The notes: generated by a model from the sequence alone, not told the origin. A DNA stretch of 64,000 bases from Minisyncoccota bacterium (GCA_020059915.1 JAGVBB010000002.1:62129-126128), one strand, 5' to 3'; counted from the stretch's first letter, positions 1 to 9,708 are shown. A program made the numbers and translations.

Positions 1-74
1 TTTTTGTATATTGATTTATTTATAAAGTTGTGTTACAATATACTTATCATTAACTAACAAAATCGGAGCGACAA

Positions 75-347
75 ATGAAAGTATTAAAACTTTTTTTGTT
101 TATTATTATTTTTGTGTTTTTCTCTTTTGGATGCACAGAACAGGAAAGAATAAGAAATTTTGGCGGAACCGGAACATATGAACTTCCCGCCGGAAAAAAA
201 CTTGTTAATGCAACATGGAAGGATGATAATCTCTGGATTCTCACAAGAGATATGACCCCAAAAGACACACTACAAACTTACACATTTTCAGAAAGCTCAA
301 GTTTCGGTGTCTGGGAAGGCACTATAATATTGAAAGAACATAGATAA
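75..347 (+). CDS. small putative lipoprotein (hypothetical)
   Basis: N-terminal hydrophobic signal peptide ending in lipobox-like FSFGC; followed by an intrinsic terminator hairpin at 355..378. Confidence 0.45.
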   Translation: MKVLKLFLFIIIFVFFSFGCTEQERIRNFGGTGTYELPAGKKLVNATWKDDNLWILTRDMTPKDTLQTYTFSESSSFGVWEGTIILKEHR

Positions 348-354
348 TTCACTT

Positions 355-378
355 GACCCCAACTGGGGTCTTTTTTTA
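355..378 (+). terminator. intrinsic terminator
   Basis: gaccccaactggggtc hairpin followed by a T-run. Confidence 0.6.
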
Positions 379-419
379 TTAGTTGTCAGTTATGGGTAGT
401 TTGTTGTAAGTTTATATAT

Positions 420-1397
420 ATGAAACCTGTTTTAGTGTCGGGTATTCAGCCGACAGGAAAGTTACATCTTGGAAACTACCTTGGGGCACTCAAGAATTTT
501 GTAGAACTCCAAAATTCGGGAGAATATGATTGCCTCTTTTTTATCGCAGACCTTCATTCTCTTACTGAAACCTACACACCAAAAGAAAAAAAAGAACAGA
601 TTTCTGATTTGTTTCTTACATATCTCGCTGTAGGACTCGATCAAAAAAAATCAGTATTGTTCCAACAGTCTGCAATCGCAGAACACACAGAACTCTCGTG
701 GATTTTAAATACTATTACTCCATTTGGCGAACTTCGCCGAATGACACAGTTTAAAGATAAATCAGAAAATGAATCAGAAAATACCAATGTTGGACTTTTT
801 GATTATCCTGTTTTAATGGCTGCAGACATTCTTCTCTATAACGCTTCTGTGGTGCCCGTGGGAGACGATCAATTACAACATTTAGAACTTACGAGAACAC
901 TTGCAAGAAAATTTAATTCAAAATTTGGAAAAATATTTTTTGAACCAAAACCACTACTTACTTCAGTTCCCAGACTTATGAGTTTGGATGATCCAGAAAA
1001 AAAGATGTCAAAATCTCGTCCCGAAGGGTGTCTCTTTATTGACGACGAACCAAATATTATTAGAAAAAAGATTCAACGAGCAGTCACCGACTCAGAATCA
1101 ACTATTGAATATAATCCAAAAAAACGTCCAGGAATCTCAAACCTCGTTCTTATATATTCTGCAATTACGGACATGACACCAAAAGAAATAGTATTGATGT
1201 ATAACGGAAAAGGATATGCTGATTTTAAAAAGGACCTTGGAAACAAACTTGTTGAACTATTTACCCCATTTCAAGAAAAGAAAAAGGAATTGAAAAAATT
1301 AGATATCAAAAAAATATTAGATGAGGGAAATATGCAGGCAAAAAATAGAGCACAAAAAACATACGAAATTATAAAAAAGAAAGTTGGACTTATATAA
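420..1397 (+). CDS. trpS: tryptophanyl-tRNA synthetase
   Basis: Class I aaRS motifs (GKLHLGNYLGA HIGH-like, KMSKS); ~325 aa, typical TrpRS size. Confidence 0.9.
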   Translation: MKPVLVSGIQPTGKLHLGNYLGALKNFVELQNSGEYDCLFFIADLHSLTETYTPKEKKEQISDLFLTYLAVGLDQKKSVLFQQSAIAEHTELSWILNTITPFGELRRMTQFKDKSENESENTNVGLFDYPVLMAADILLYNASVVPVGDDQLQHLELTRTLARKFNSKFGKIFFEPKPLLTSVPRLMSLDDPEKKMSKSRPEGCLFIDDEPNIIRKKIQRAVTDSESTIEYNPKKRPGISNLVLIYSAITDMTPKEIVLMYNGKGYADFKKDLGNKLVELFTPFQEKKKELKKLDIKKILDEGNMQAKNRAQKTYEIIKKKVGLI

Positions 1398-1400
1398 ACA

Positions 1401-1436
1401 AAACCCCGCCAGTTCATGAACTGGCGGGGTTTTTAT
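1401..1436. terminator. bidirectional intrinsic terminator between convergent trpS and ileS
   Basis: ccccgccagttcatgaactggcgggg hairpin flanked by an A-run and a T-run. Confidence 0.7.
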
Positions 1437-4400
1437 TACTTCTTTTTCCTTACTGCTATCCAAATGGGGACTCCATCAATTTTTGTTTCAATCTCTACAT
1501 CAAAATGATTGCATTTACCCCAGACCAACTCTCTTGCATTCACGTCCTTCATACATTGATTTCTTTTCGATTCAATTATGCGTTGCAATTCATCCCCCAC
1601 CTCAATATGAATCACCACCTCGTCTTTTGGAGAAAGTTTTGCATCCTGGCGTAGGTCTTGAATGGTGCGTTGTAATTCACGAAGATATCCTTCTTCTTTA
1701 AGTTCCTGAGTGACATGAGTATCAAGAACAACCTCATCTTCCATGCTGGCATTAAATAAAACATCTTTGATATTTACCTCGTCCATAAGTATAGAGAGTA
1801 ACTCTGAATTTCCTTCCAAAAGCTTTGATTTCACAGTAATTGAGGCGAGTGGCTGTCTTACCTTAATTCCCGCCTCTGCGCGCTTTGCAAGGGCAATTGA
1901 CGCAATCCTGCGCACCTCTACCATGCCATCAACAAGTCCCTTATCACTTACATGGACAACTTTCGGCCATGCCTCAATATGGACCGATTCAAGCATTGAG
2001 GGAAACGATTTATATATTGCCTCTGAGAAAAATGGTGCAAACGGCGCCGTCAGCTTAGCGAGTGAAATCAGCATAGTGCCCAAAACATATGAAACAGCAT
2101 GGTAGTCATCTTTTGATTCTGGTTTTTGTAATCTCCTTCGAGAGCGTCTGATATACCACCTAGAAAGATCGTCCGCAAATGATTCAATAACGCGGGTGGC
2201 CTCCCCAACCTCATATGCATCCATATATGTTGTTGAGTCAATAATAACTTGATTAAGACGCTCTATAATCCATTTATCTAAAATATTATTTATTTTCGGC
2301 GCACTTTTCTTTTGAAGAACTTCCTTGTTTGCATATAGGTCAAAAAAAACAAATGAATTATATACGAGAGAGAAGAACTGTCGTGATACTTTCTGTAAAT
2401 CAAGTTCATCAAATTTCTTTGGTTCCCCAGGCGGATTTACTGTATAGAAGTACCACCTGATAACATCAGAACCATATTTTTGCATTACATCCCAAGGACT
2501 TACCACATTTCCTTTTGACTTTGACATTTTCTGTCCATTTTTATCAAGTACTAACCCCAATGAAATAACATTCTTAAATGGCGCCTCCTTCCCCAAAAGC
2601 GTAGAAACAGCCAACAGCGTGTAAAACCATCCCCTTGTCTGGTCGATGCCCTCAGAAATATAGTCCGCAGGAAATGGTAGTGTTTTTTTGTTTCCCTCAA
2701 ATGGATAGTGATATTGTGCAAAAGGCATCGCGCCGGAATCAAACCAAACATCGGCAACTTCAGGAATTCGTTTCATGGTATGCCCACAGGAATCACAAGA
2801 AAATTCAAATGAATCAATATATGGTCGATGGAGATCTAATGTTCCATTAATATCACGAGGGATCATTCTGTATTTTGTGATTTTCATCTTCCCCATGTTA
2901 ATAAACTCGCCATCCTCCTTATCGTGTTTCTCGGCCATTGCTTCCTCGTCACTCCATCCATTCATCACCCCATCAAGCGCCCAAAGCACATCTTCATGGC
3001 TTACTATAGCAATGGTTTTCCCAGAATATTTTTCATCTATTTCTTTTATTGCTGTATACACCCTCTTCCTCACATCAGAAATACTTTCTCCATTTGGTGT
3101 TTGTTTGGTAAATCGTTCTCTAAAGGAACCATAATAATTTGTGTACGATAACAAAGGGGAACCATTAAAATCACCAAAATCAATCTCCCGTAATCGCTCA
3201 TCGAAAATAATAGGCGCACCAGTATGTTCTTTTATAATTGCAGATGTTTCCTTGGTGCGAACCATATCGGAAGAAAAAATAAGATCAATTTTTTCTTTTT
3301 TTATTTTTTTACCAAGTTGCTCTATTTGTTTTTTCCCCTTCTCAGTAAGATGATACTTTGTCTTTTCCGGCCATGACGAAAGTGTGTTCGCTAAATTACT
3401 TTCCGATTCGCCATGACGAATAAGTATATACTTGTTATTTTTTGAAGGAACTTTCTTTTCTAATTCCTCAACACTACCAATAACGATTTTTTCTTTACAA
3501 TCACTACACTCCCATATAGGAAGTGGGGTCCCCCAATATCGCTCACGAGAAATTGCCCAATCTTTAACCTCTTTTATCCATTCCCCAAATCTCCCTGTTT
3601 GTAGATGATCTGGAATCCAATGTATGGTGTTATTTTCTTTTTTAAGGACATCTCTCAATGAACTCATTTCTATAAACCAAGAGTGCCTTCCATAATATAA
3701 AAGTGGAGTATTACAGCGCCAACAAAACGGATATTCATGTTTATATTGTTCCGTTCTTAAGAGAAGGTTTTTTTCCTCAAGTTTCTGTATTATTGCAGTT
3801 TCGGTTGTTTTTGTTTTTGCGTACATTCCAGCGAAATATGGAACATCATCAGAAAAAACTCCGGTCTCTTTTACTGTGTGTACTTCTGGAAGTCCTAATG
3901 ACCTTCCTAGTTGATAGTCATCTTCTCCGTACATCACCGCAGTATGCACAACACCAGTTCCATCTTCAGTGGTAACAAATCCTGCTGGATATACTTTGTA
4001 TGTAAGTGATTTTACAGAACCAGAAACAAACGCGGGAATTTCAAACAATGGTTCATAGGAAATAGTAACAAGATCCTTTCCAGTAACAGTTTTTAAGACA
4101 GTGTATTCTGTTCCATCAAGCACCGACAATCGTGATTCCGCAAGAATATAAATCTCTTTTTTCTTTGTATCTCCCACATCAACAATTACATATGGTATGT
4201 GCTCACCAACAGCAAGCGCAATGTTACCAGGGAGCGTCCACGGCGTGGTTGTCCAAGATAGAATAAATGTTTTTGTGTCTGCAACAAAATCTCCAATTTT
4301 TTCTCCCTTTTTTACTTTAAATTTTATATATACAGAAGTATCTTCAACTTCCTTATATCCCTGAGCAAGCTCATGAGAAGAGAGGGCGGTGCCACAACGA

Positions 4401-4945
4401 GTACACCACGGAACGATCTTGTGTCCCTTATAAAGAAGTTTCTTTTTGTGTATCTCTTTAAAAATCCACCATAGGGACTCCATATACTTATTTTCATAGG
4501 TAACATATGGGTCATCCATATCAAGCCAATAACCCATCCGCTCAGTAAGTTTTTCCCACTCATCTTTATATTTCCATACCGACTCCTTACACTTAGCATT
4601 AAATTCCATAACTCCGTACTCCTCAATTTCTTTTTTCGATTTAATTCCAAGTTGTTTTTCTACTTCTAATTCAACAGGGAGCCCATGTGTATCCCATCCT
4701 CCTTTTCTAGGAACTGAATATCCACGCATTGTCTTATACCGCAAAACAACATCCTTAAAAGAACGTGCAAGAACATGGTGAATTCCTGGTCTTCCATTTG
4801 CAGTTGGTGGACCCTCATAAAATATGAATTCTTTTTTTGTTCCTTTCTTTTTTAGCGTTTTTTCGAAAATGTGCTGATGTTTCCAAAACTCAAGTACTTT
4901 TTCTTCTATCTCTGGTAATGAGAATTGCTCTCCTTGTTTTAACAT
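1436..4945 (-). CDS. ileS: isoleucyl-tRNA synthetase (archaeal/eukaryotic-type) with an inserted histidine-phosphatase (PGM-like) domain
   Basis: PPTANGRPGIHH (HIGH), GWDTHGLP, KMSKSKGN, Zn-finger region ...DVWFDSG; aa ~505-700 carry RHGESESN...SSDMVRTKET...IVSHEDV, the histidine phosphatase superfamily signature. Confidence 0.85.
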   Translation of the reverse strand: MLKQGEQFSLPEIEEKVLEFWKHQHIFEKTLKKKGTKKEFIFYEGPPTANGRPGIHHVLARSFKDVVLRYKTMRGYSVPRKGGWDTHGLPVELEVEKQLGIKSKKEIEEYGVMEFNAKCKESVWKYKDEWEKLTERMGYWLDMDDPYVTYENKYMESLWWIFKEIHKKKLLYKGHKIVPWCTRCGTALSSHELAQGYKEVEDTSVYIKFKVKKGEKIGDFVADTKTFILSWTTTPWTLPGNIALAVGEHIPYVIVDVGDTKKKEIYILAESRLSVLDGTEYTVLKTVTGKDLVTISYEPLFEIPAFVSGSVKSLTYKVYPAGFVTTEDGTGVVHTAVMYGEDDYQLGRSLGLPEVHTVKETGVFSDDVPYFAGMYAKTKTTETAIIQKLEEKNLLLRTEQYKHEYPFCWRCNTPLLYYGRHSWFIEMSSLRDVLKKENNTIHWIPDHLQTGRFGEWIKEVKDWAISRERYWGTPLPIWECSDCKEKIVIGSVEELEKKVPSKNNKYILIRHGESESNLANTLSSWPEKTKYHLTEKGKKQIEQLGKKIKKEKIDLIFSSDMVRTKETSAIIKEHTGAPIIFDERLREIDFGDFNGSPLLSYTNYYGSFRERFTKQTPNGESISDVRKRVYTAIKEIDEKYSGKTIAIVSHEDVLWALDGVMNGWSDEEAMAEKHDKEDGEFINMGKMKITKYRMIPRDINGTLDLHRPYIDSFEFSCDSCGHTMKRIPEVADVWFDSGAMPFAQYHYPFEGNKKTLPFPADYISEGIDQTRGWFYTLLAVSTLLGKEAPFKNVISLGLVLDKNGQKMSKSKGNVVSPWDVMQKYGSDVIRWYFYTVNPPGEPKKFDELDLQKVSRQFFSLVYNSFVFFDLYANKEVLQKKSAPKINNILDKWIIERLNQVIIDSTTYMDAYEVGEATRVIESFADDLSRWYIRRSRRRLQKPESKDDYHAVSYVLGTMLISLAKLTAPFAPFFSEAIYKSFPSMLESVHIEAWPKVVHVSDKGLVDGMVEVRRIASIALAKRAEAGIKVRQPLASITVKSKLLEGNSELLSILMDEVNIKDVLFNASMEDEVVLDTHVTQELKEEGYLRELQRTIQDLRQDAKLSPKDEVVIHIEVGDELQRIIESKRNQCMKDVNARELVWGKCNHFDVEIETKIDGVPIWIAVRKKK

Positions 4946-5050
4946 ATGCTCCGTTATTCTAATAAAAAATTTGTATTTTTTCCATCTCGAGGGAAATCCA
5001 AGACAAAACTACTCTAGAACGAAATAACAGGATATAATACATTAATCAGT

Positions 5051-5980
5051 ATGATAAATTTCTTAATTCTCGTCGCTATTGGTATATTATTTTATTTACT
5101 TTCAAAATCCGCTGATCTTGTTGTTGATTCTATAAAAAAAATTGGTTATACGTTTCATATACCCATACTATTCTTGGGATTTATATTAGGATTTTTTGCC
5201 TCCCTCCCAGAATTATCTATTGCAGTAAATACCTCTGTCCGTGATATAGGAGATCTGTCTCTTGGAAATCTTCTTGGGGGCATGTCGGTTCTGTTTGGTC
5301 TCATATTGGGAGTTTCTATTTTTTTATCTCGTCCAATATCAACAGACGGAAAATATACAACAATATTACCAATACTTGGTTATTCATTCCTCCCTTTTCT
5401 GTTTGGACTAAATGGAGAAATATCATTTTTCGAAGGAACATTTCTTATTGTCTCCTATGTCATTCTTATAATTTTTTTATTTAAAGAAACAAAACATATA
5501 GAACAAAAAGAAGTATACATACAACATAGCGCTCCGAAAAAACAAGTGGTATTTATTGTTGTTGGAATTGTTTCACTTCTTGTTGTTTCGAATATTATTA
5601 TCCGCCTTACCGAAACAATATTAGAATCTTATAACGTTCCCGCATTTTTTATTGGATTTTTATTATTTTCCATTGGCACAAATCTACCAGAAATTGCCAT
5701 ATCATTTCGTTCAATACGGAAACATGTTGCAGAACTTTCTCTTGCGAGCATCTTTGGATCTGTAATAGCAAATTCACTCATTGCAGGAATTTTATCCATT
5801 ATCAGACCCGTCCCTATAGAACATATAAGTTCTTATATTGTATTAACAGTATCAACAGGTATACTTCTGTTTTTTGTTCTTCGTTTTTATAAAACAGAAA
5901 AAAAGTTTTCAAAAAAAGAGGGCGTAATACTCGCCCTCTTATATGGAGGTATAGTTCTCTTACAAATTATATTTGTATAA
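5051..5980 (+). CDS. Ca2+/cation antiporter (CaCA family) membrane protein
   Basis: Multi-TM protein with two alpha-repeat motifs (GNLLGG...; GTNLPEIAISF) typical of Na+/Ca2+ exchanger YrbG-like proteins. Confidence 0.65.
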   Translation: MINFLILVAIGILFYLLSKSADLVVDSIKKIGYTFHIPILFLGFILGFFASLPELSIAVNTSVRDIGDLSLGNLLGGMSVLFGLILGVSIFLSRPISTDGKYTTILPILGYSFLPFLFGLNGEISFFEGTFLIVSYVILIIFLFKETKHIEQKEVYIQHSAPKKQVVFIVVGIVSLLVVSNIIIRLTETILESYNVPAFFIGFLLFSIGTNLPEIAISFRSIRKHVAELSLASIFGSVIANSLIAGILSIIRPVPIEHISSYIVLTVSTGILLFFVLRFYKTEKKFSKKEGVILALLYGGIVLLQIIFV

Positions 5981-7555
5981 CTACATTTTTTCTGGTGTGC
6001 TACAACCAAGTATACGAAGTGTATTTCCCAAAACATGCTGTGATGCTTCAACAAGCGCTCTTCGCGCTCTCATTGTTTTTTCTTCAACGCCATCAACATG
6101 CTCTTTTTCATAAAAGTTATGGAATGCACGAGATAGCTCCCCCGCATACTGTGTTATTCTATGGACAGAAAATGTGGCACCCACCTCTTCCAAGATGTCC
6201 GGAAACTCAGAAAGCTTTCTCATGAGGAGAGTGTCCTCTGGTGTGGCAAGAGGTGCATAATCGGAACACGCACCACATTCTGTTTTTTGTAAAATACTTG
6301 ATGCACGAACAAATGCATATTGAAGATAAAACACTGGATTCTTGTTTGAATGTTCGCGAGCGAGATCAATATCAAAATCCATGTGACTATCGGGGGAGAT
6401 CATAAGGAAAAAGAATCGAGCGACATCAACACCAACCTCATCAATGAGTTCGCTAAATGTGACAAATGCCCCTTTTCTTTTTGACATTTTCATCTCCTCC
6501 CCCCCTTTTAGAAGACGCACCGCCTGTGTAATAATCACGCGCGAATCTTCAAGTCCTAATATCTTTGCTACCGCCTGAATACGAGCAACATACCCATAGT
6601 GATCAGGACCAAGAATGAGCACCTTGCCATAAAATCCTCGCTCTTTTGTTTCAAGATAATGCCCCGCATCTGCAAGTAAATATGTTGGCGTCTTCTTACT
6701 TGTTATGAGTACGCGATCCTTATCGTCATCAAATTCTGTTGTCTTAAACCAAGTAGCTCCATCTGCTTCATACACAACATTTTTTGTTTTTAGAACATCA
6801 AGCACTTTCTCCACATACTTTTTATCATGTATATCTTTTTGCTCTGAAGTATATCGATCAAAATGAATTTTTGCCTTCTTCTCAAGCGCTTCTTGGATAA
6901 GAGAAAGAAAATAATCAGCAGCAGCGCGCCCAACATGTTCTGGGTCATCCTTATGTTTTTCTATAAACTCCTTATGTTCCTGCGCCCATTCAGCGACATA
7001 TTCACCCTTATAAAAAGTTTCTTCAAATGGAATGTGTCCACAATTCGCTACAAGCGATTTCCCAAGTGTGACAACCTGATTTCCTGTATCATTCACATAA
7101 TATTCCCGTTCCACAGCAAATCCTTGCGAATCCAGTACATTTGAAAGTGCATCCCCCAAAAATCCACCCCTCCCATTTGCTAATGTTAGTGGCCCTGTTG
7201 GATTTGCAGAAACATATTCAATCTGAATTTTTTTATTTTTCTTTCCTATTTTTTTTCCATACGTTTCTTTTTCCAAAAGGATTTTATCTAGTTCCTTGTA
7301 ATATTCTATATCCTGAATCCAAACATTTATGAATCCTGGAGCTTTTAGTTCAACCCGAGAAAATAATGGATTCGTAGATATTTTTTTAATAATGTCCTCA
7401 GCAATAGTAATAGGACTGGTTCCTCTCGTTTTCGCGAGCTTAAAAGCAACATTGGTGCTGTAATGCCCAAATGCTTCTTGGTCAGGAATAGTAACTTCAA
7501 TAGTAACTTCTTCTGGAATAAGGGGTCTGAGTGCCCCCACCACTTTCTCTTTCAT
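5981..7555 (-). CDS. argS: arginyl-tRNA synthetase
   Basis: SANPTGPLTLANGRGG motif, class I core, C-terminal anticodon-binding domain ending in Met as is typical for ArgRS. Confidence 0.9.
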   Translation of the reverse strand: MKEKVVGALRPLIPEEVTIEVTIPDQEAFGHYSTNVAFKLAKTRGTSPITIAEDIIKKISTNPLFSRVELKAPGFINVWIQDIEYYKELDKILLEKETYGKKIGKKNKKIQIEYVSANPTGPLTLANGRGGFLGDALSNVLDSQGFAVEREYYVNDTGNQVVTLGKSLVANCGHIPFEETFYKGEYVAEWAQEHKEFIEKHKDDPEHVGRAAADYFLSLIQEALEKKAKIHFDRYTSEQKDIHDKKYVEKVLDVLKTKNVVYEADGATWFKTTEFDDDKDRVLITSKKTPTYLLADAGHYLETKERGFYGKVLILGPDHYGYVARIQAVAKILGLEDSRVIITQAVRLLKGGEEMKMSKRKGAFVTFSELIDEVGVDVARFFFLMISPDSHMDFDIDLAREHSNKNPVFYLQYAFVRASSILQKTECGACSDYAPLATPEDTLLMRKLSEFPDILEEVGATFSVHRITQYAGELSRAFHNFYEKEHVDGVEEKTMRARRALVEASQHVLGNTLRILGCSTPEKM

Positions 7556-7664
7556 ATCTCAATTAAAACAGAGAAAGAAAAAATTAAAAAGGGCTGCTAA
7601 AAACAAGGTTATACATCCTTGTAAAAATAAGAAAAAAGAGGTATAATATAATTGTTCATTTATA

Positions 7665-8006
7665 TGGGGATGTTGGGCTTCGACAGAATACCAACCAATA
7701 TATGTGCAGGCGGAGCTTGTTACCTCCTAAATCTGACAACCAAATAATAACTGACAACCAAAGAGTTGCAGTCCCTGCATTTGCTTTCGCAGCATAACAG
7801 GGCACTCACCTAATTTATTGGTGGGCATCAGCACCTAATGTCTCATAGGGATCTGCTGGTGTTATATATGAGGCGCGCGCATGTTCGTTTTGAATCTTTC
7901 AAATATGTTGCGCTAATAAAAGATTCACCATTGTGTTTTTTACACTAAGCTTGTAGATCATATATAGGAAATATTTTGGACACCGGTTCAACTCCGGTCA
8001 TCTCCA
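7665..8006 (+). ncRNA. ssrA: tmRNA (SsrA)
   Basis: 5' GGGGAUGUUGGGCUUCGACAG and 3' GGACACCGGUUCAACUCCGGUCAUCUCCA form a tRNA-like acceptor and T-arm; internal tag ORF ...VAVPAFAFAA then UAA; TATAAT at 7641; the smpB partner is the next gene. Confidence 0.8.
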
Positions 8007-8102
8007 CAAAAACAAAGAGCGTCTGCACGACCCCAGTAGGTCATTTTGCTAAATGATATGTTTTTGTAGGATGCCGTATATAATTACGGCGCCACAAATA
8101 AA

Positions 8103-8135
8103 CAAAACCTATCTCGATGATAGGTTTTGTTTTAC
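8103..8135. terminator. bidirectional terminator between ssrA and smpB
   Basis: aaaacctatctcgatgataggtttt hairpin with T-runs on both strands. Confidence 0.6.
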
Positions 8136-8188
8136 ATAATTAGGAGTTGAACAGCCAAGAAACCTCAATTATGGATTTTGTTTTGAAA

Positions 8189-8629
8189 TTATTTTCTCAC
8201 TCCTCTTTGTATCTCTCTTTCTGTTTCTCTTTTCTTTATTGTCTCTCGTTTATCTGATTTTTTCTTTCCTCGAGCAAGTGCAAGTTCAATTTTTACAAAC
8301 CCATGAGAAATGAATGCTTTGAGCGGCACCAAAGAAAACCCCGACTGAAGTTTTCCGGTAATTTCCCGTATTTCTTTTTTTGAAAGCAATAATTTTCTTG
8401 TTCGCAATTCTTCAAAATCTTTTGGGGCATTCCCTTTTTGAAATGAGTGAATTGAAGAATTTAATAAATGTATTTCCCCACCCCGAAGAATTGCATGACT
8501 TCCCGATAAATCCATTCTTCCCATCTTTGCCGACTTTGCTTCATGTCCTGTTAACACAATTCCGCCGACAAACGTTTCAAGAATCTCGTAATCAAATCGT
8601 GCTTTTTTGTTTTCTGCAATCATAGACAT
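8189..8629 (-). CDS. smpB: SsrA-binding protein
   Basis: N-terminal NKKARFDYEILETFVGGIVLTGHEAKS is the SmpB signature; 146 aa. Confidence 0.9.
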   Translation of the reverse strand: MSMIAENKKARFDYEILETFVGGIVLTGHEAKSAKMGRMDLSGSHAILRGGEIHLLNSSIHSFQKGNAPKDFEELRTRKLLLSKKEIREITGKLQSGFSLVPLKAFISHGFVKIELALARGKKKSDKRETIKKRETEREIQRGVRK

Positions 8630-8672
8630 TACCCATTTACGCTACCACACTATTAACAAGAAAAAAATCCAC

Positions 8673-9239
8673 TCATACGAGTGGATGTAACTTTTGATTT
8701 TCCTTTCTACAATAGTCAACGAGATTTATGTACTGCTTGAAACATTCAGCAACCCCTGGAAGTAATTCCAAATAACTCCTCCCCATAAACTCATTAACCA
8801 GTTTGTTAAAATGCCTTTTCCCCAGCTCTACCTTCTCATTTGCCATCAAAACCATGCCAGGGCTGATAGGTATAAGAAAATCAACACATTTTGACTGTGT
8901 TACATCAGTAACACACACTGGATTCTCTAAATCTCCTTTTTTTTCAGTTATTTTGAAATAACCAATAAGATACGGATTATTTCTCCACAAAGTCCTGAAA
9001 AATAGCAAATCCCCCACGCGTAACGTCTTTCGTAACGCTCGGTGACATCGAGAATATGTTCCCTTTATGAAATCCGGATCCTGTTTTCTATACCAATCTA
9101 CACCCTCAATCTCCTCGCTATCTATTTGCCTGCGAATTGGATAGTCAGTTCTCTTCCCGTTGATTATTCTCATTGGTCCAAGAACAAACAAGTCCTGGGT
9201 CCAATCACTAAAACAAGGGGTTATAAATGACCTCGACAT
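8673..9239 (-). CDS. hypothetical protein
   Basis: 188-aa ORF with no recognisable motif; Cys/His- and aromatic-rich. Confidence 0.35.
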   Translation of the reverse strand: MSRSFITPCFSDWTQDLFVLGPMRIINGKRTDYPIRRQIDSEEIEGVDWYRKQDPDFIKGTYSRCHRALRKTLRVGDLLFFRTLWRNNPYLIGYFKITEKKGDLENPVCVTDVTQSKCVDFLIPISPGMVLMANEKVELGKRHFNKLVNEFMGRSYLELLPGVAECFKQYINLVDYCRKENQKLHPLV

Positions 9240-9321
9240 ATCTCCTCCTTATTTATTTGTTAATAATGATTTTGTTATATTCCTTTTTTCTCTTCTATAC
9301 AATCCCCCACATATAAAACAT

Positions 9322-9466
9322 GTTTAGAGACTAAGACTTGGCCAAGCGCCTGCCTGCTGGTAGGCAGGGCCCGGAGCGGGCTCTAAACAATTACGTTCTT
9401 TGCGAGTGAACAATAATACTTTTCAGGAGACTAAATCGGTAAAGTCTCCTGAAAAGTATTATTGTT
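9322..9466 (+). ncRNA. candidate structured RNA or regulatory element (unknown class)
   Basis: Nested helices: gtttagag...ctctaaac encloses cctgcc/ggcagg and gcccg/cgggc hairpins (9322..9390); then a perfect 24-bp hairpin aacaataatacttttcaggagact/agtctcctgaaaagtattattgtt (9409..9466); no ORF. Confidence 0.3.
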
Positions 9467-9479
9467 TGTGAGTAAAAAG

Positions 9480-9488
9480 TTATCCACA
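9480..9488 (+). promoter_or_regulatory. isolated perfect DnaA-box consensus (TTATCCACA)
   Basis: Exact 9-mer match ~27 kb from dnaA. Confidence 0.3.
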
Positions 9489-9623
9489 ATTATGAGCTTG
9501 TATACATTCCCCAATGTTGTATTATATATAAGTACTTTAACTTATTAATAGTTTCCCCAACAAGTTTAGTACTTGAAATTAAGCAATCATTTTTTTATTG
9601 CAAAAAACAGTTTCCTTTATTCC

Positions 9624-9660
9624 AAACCCCGCACCATTCTCGCGGGGTTTATTTTTTATT
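9624..9660 (+). terminator. plus-strand intrinsic terminator with no annotated upstream CDS
   Basis: aaccccgcaccattctcgcggggtt hairpin plus a T-run. Confidence 0.6.
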
Positions 9661-9681
9661 AAGCATCTTATTATAAAAATA

Positions 9682-9708
9682 CCCCGCGTTGAGCGGGGCG
9701 TCTTTATA
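9682..9708 (-). terminator. minus-strand intrinsic terminator
   Basis: cgccccgctcaacgcggggt hairpin plus a T-run on the minus strand, directly after the 9704..10303 stop. Confidence 0.6.

Noticed and set aside
1483-4650. Several 60-120 aa ORFs inside and antisense to ileS (1483..1701, 1743..2105, 2551..2757, 2635..2850, 2775..3134, 2924..3151, 3141..3353, 3703..3975, 4324..4650)
   Set aside because: All lie within the continuous, motif-validated 1169-aa IleRS frame, and their products are low-complexity. They are shadow ORFs of an AT-rich coding region.
9322-9390. Possible SRP (4.5S) RNA identity for the GC-rich nested-helix element
   Set aside because: I could not find the conserved helix-8 GGAA/GNRA-tetraloop and AGCAGCCAAGG-type asymmetric-loop motifs by eye. 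It is kept only as an unclassified structured element.
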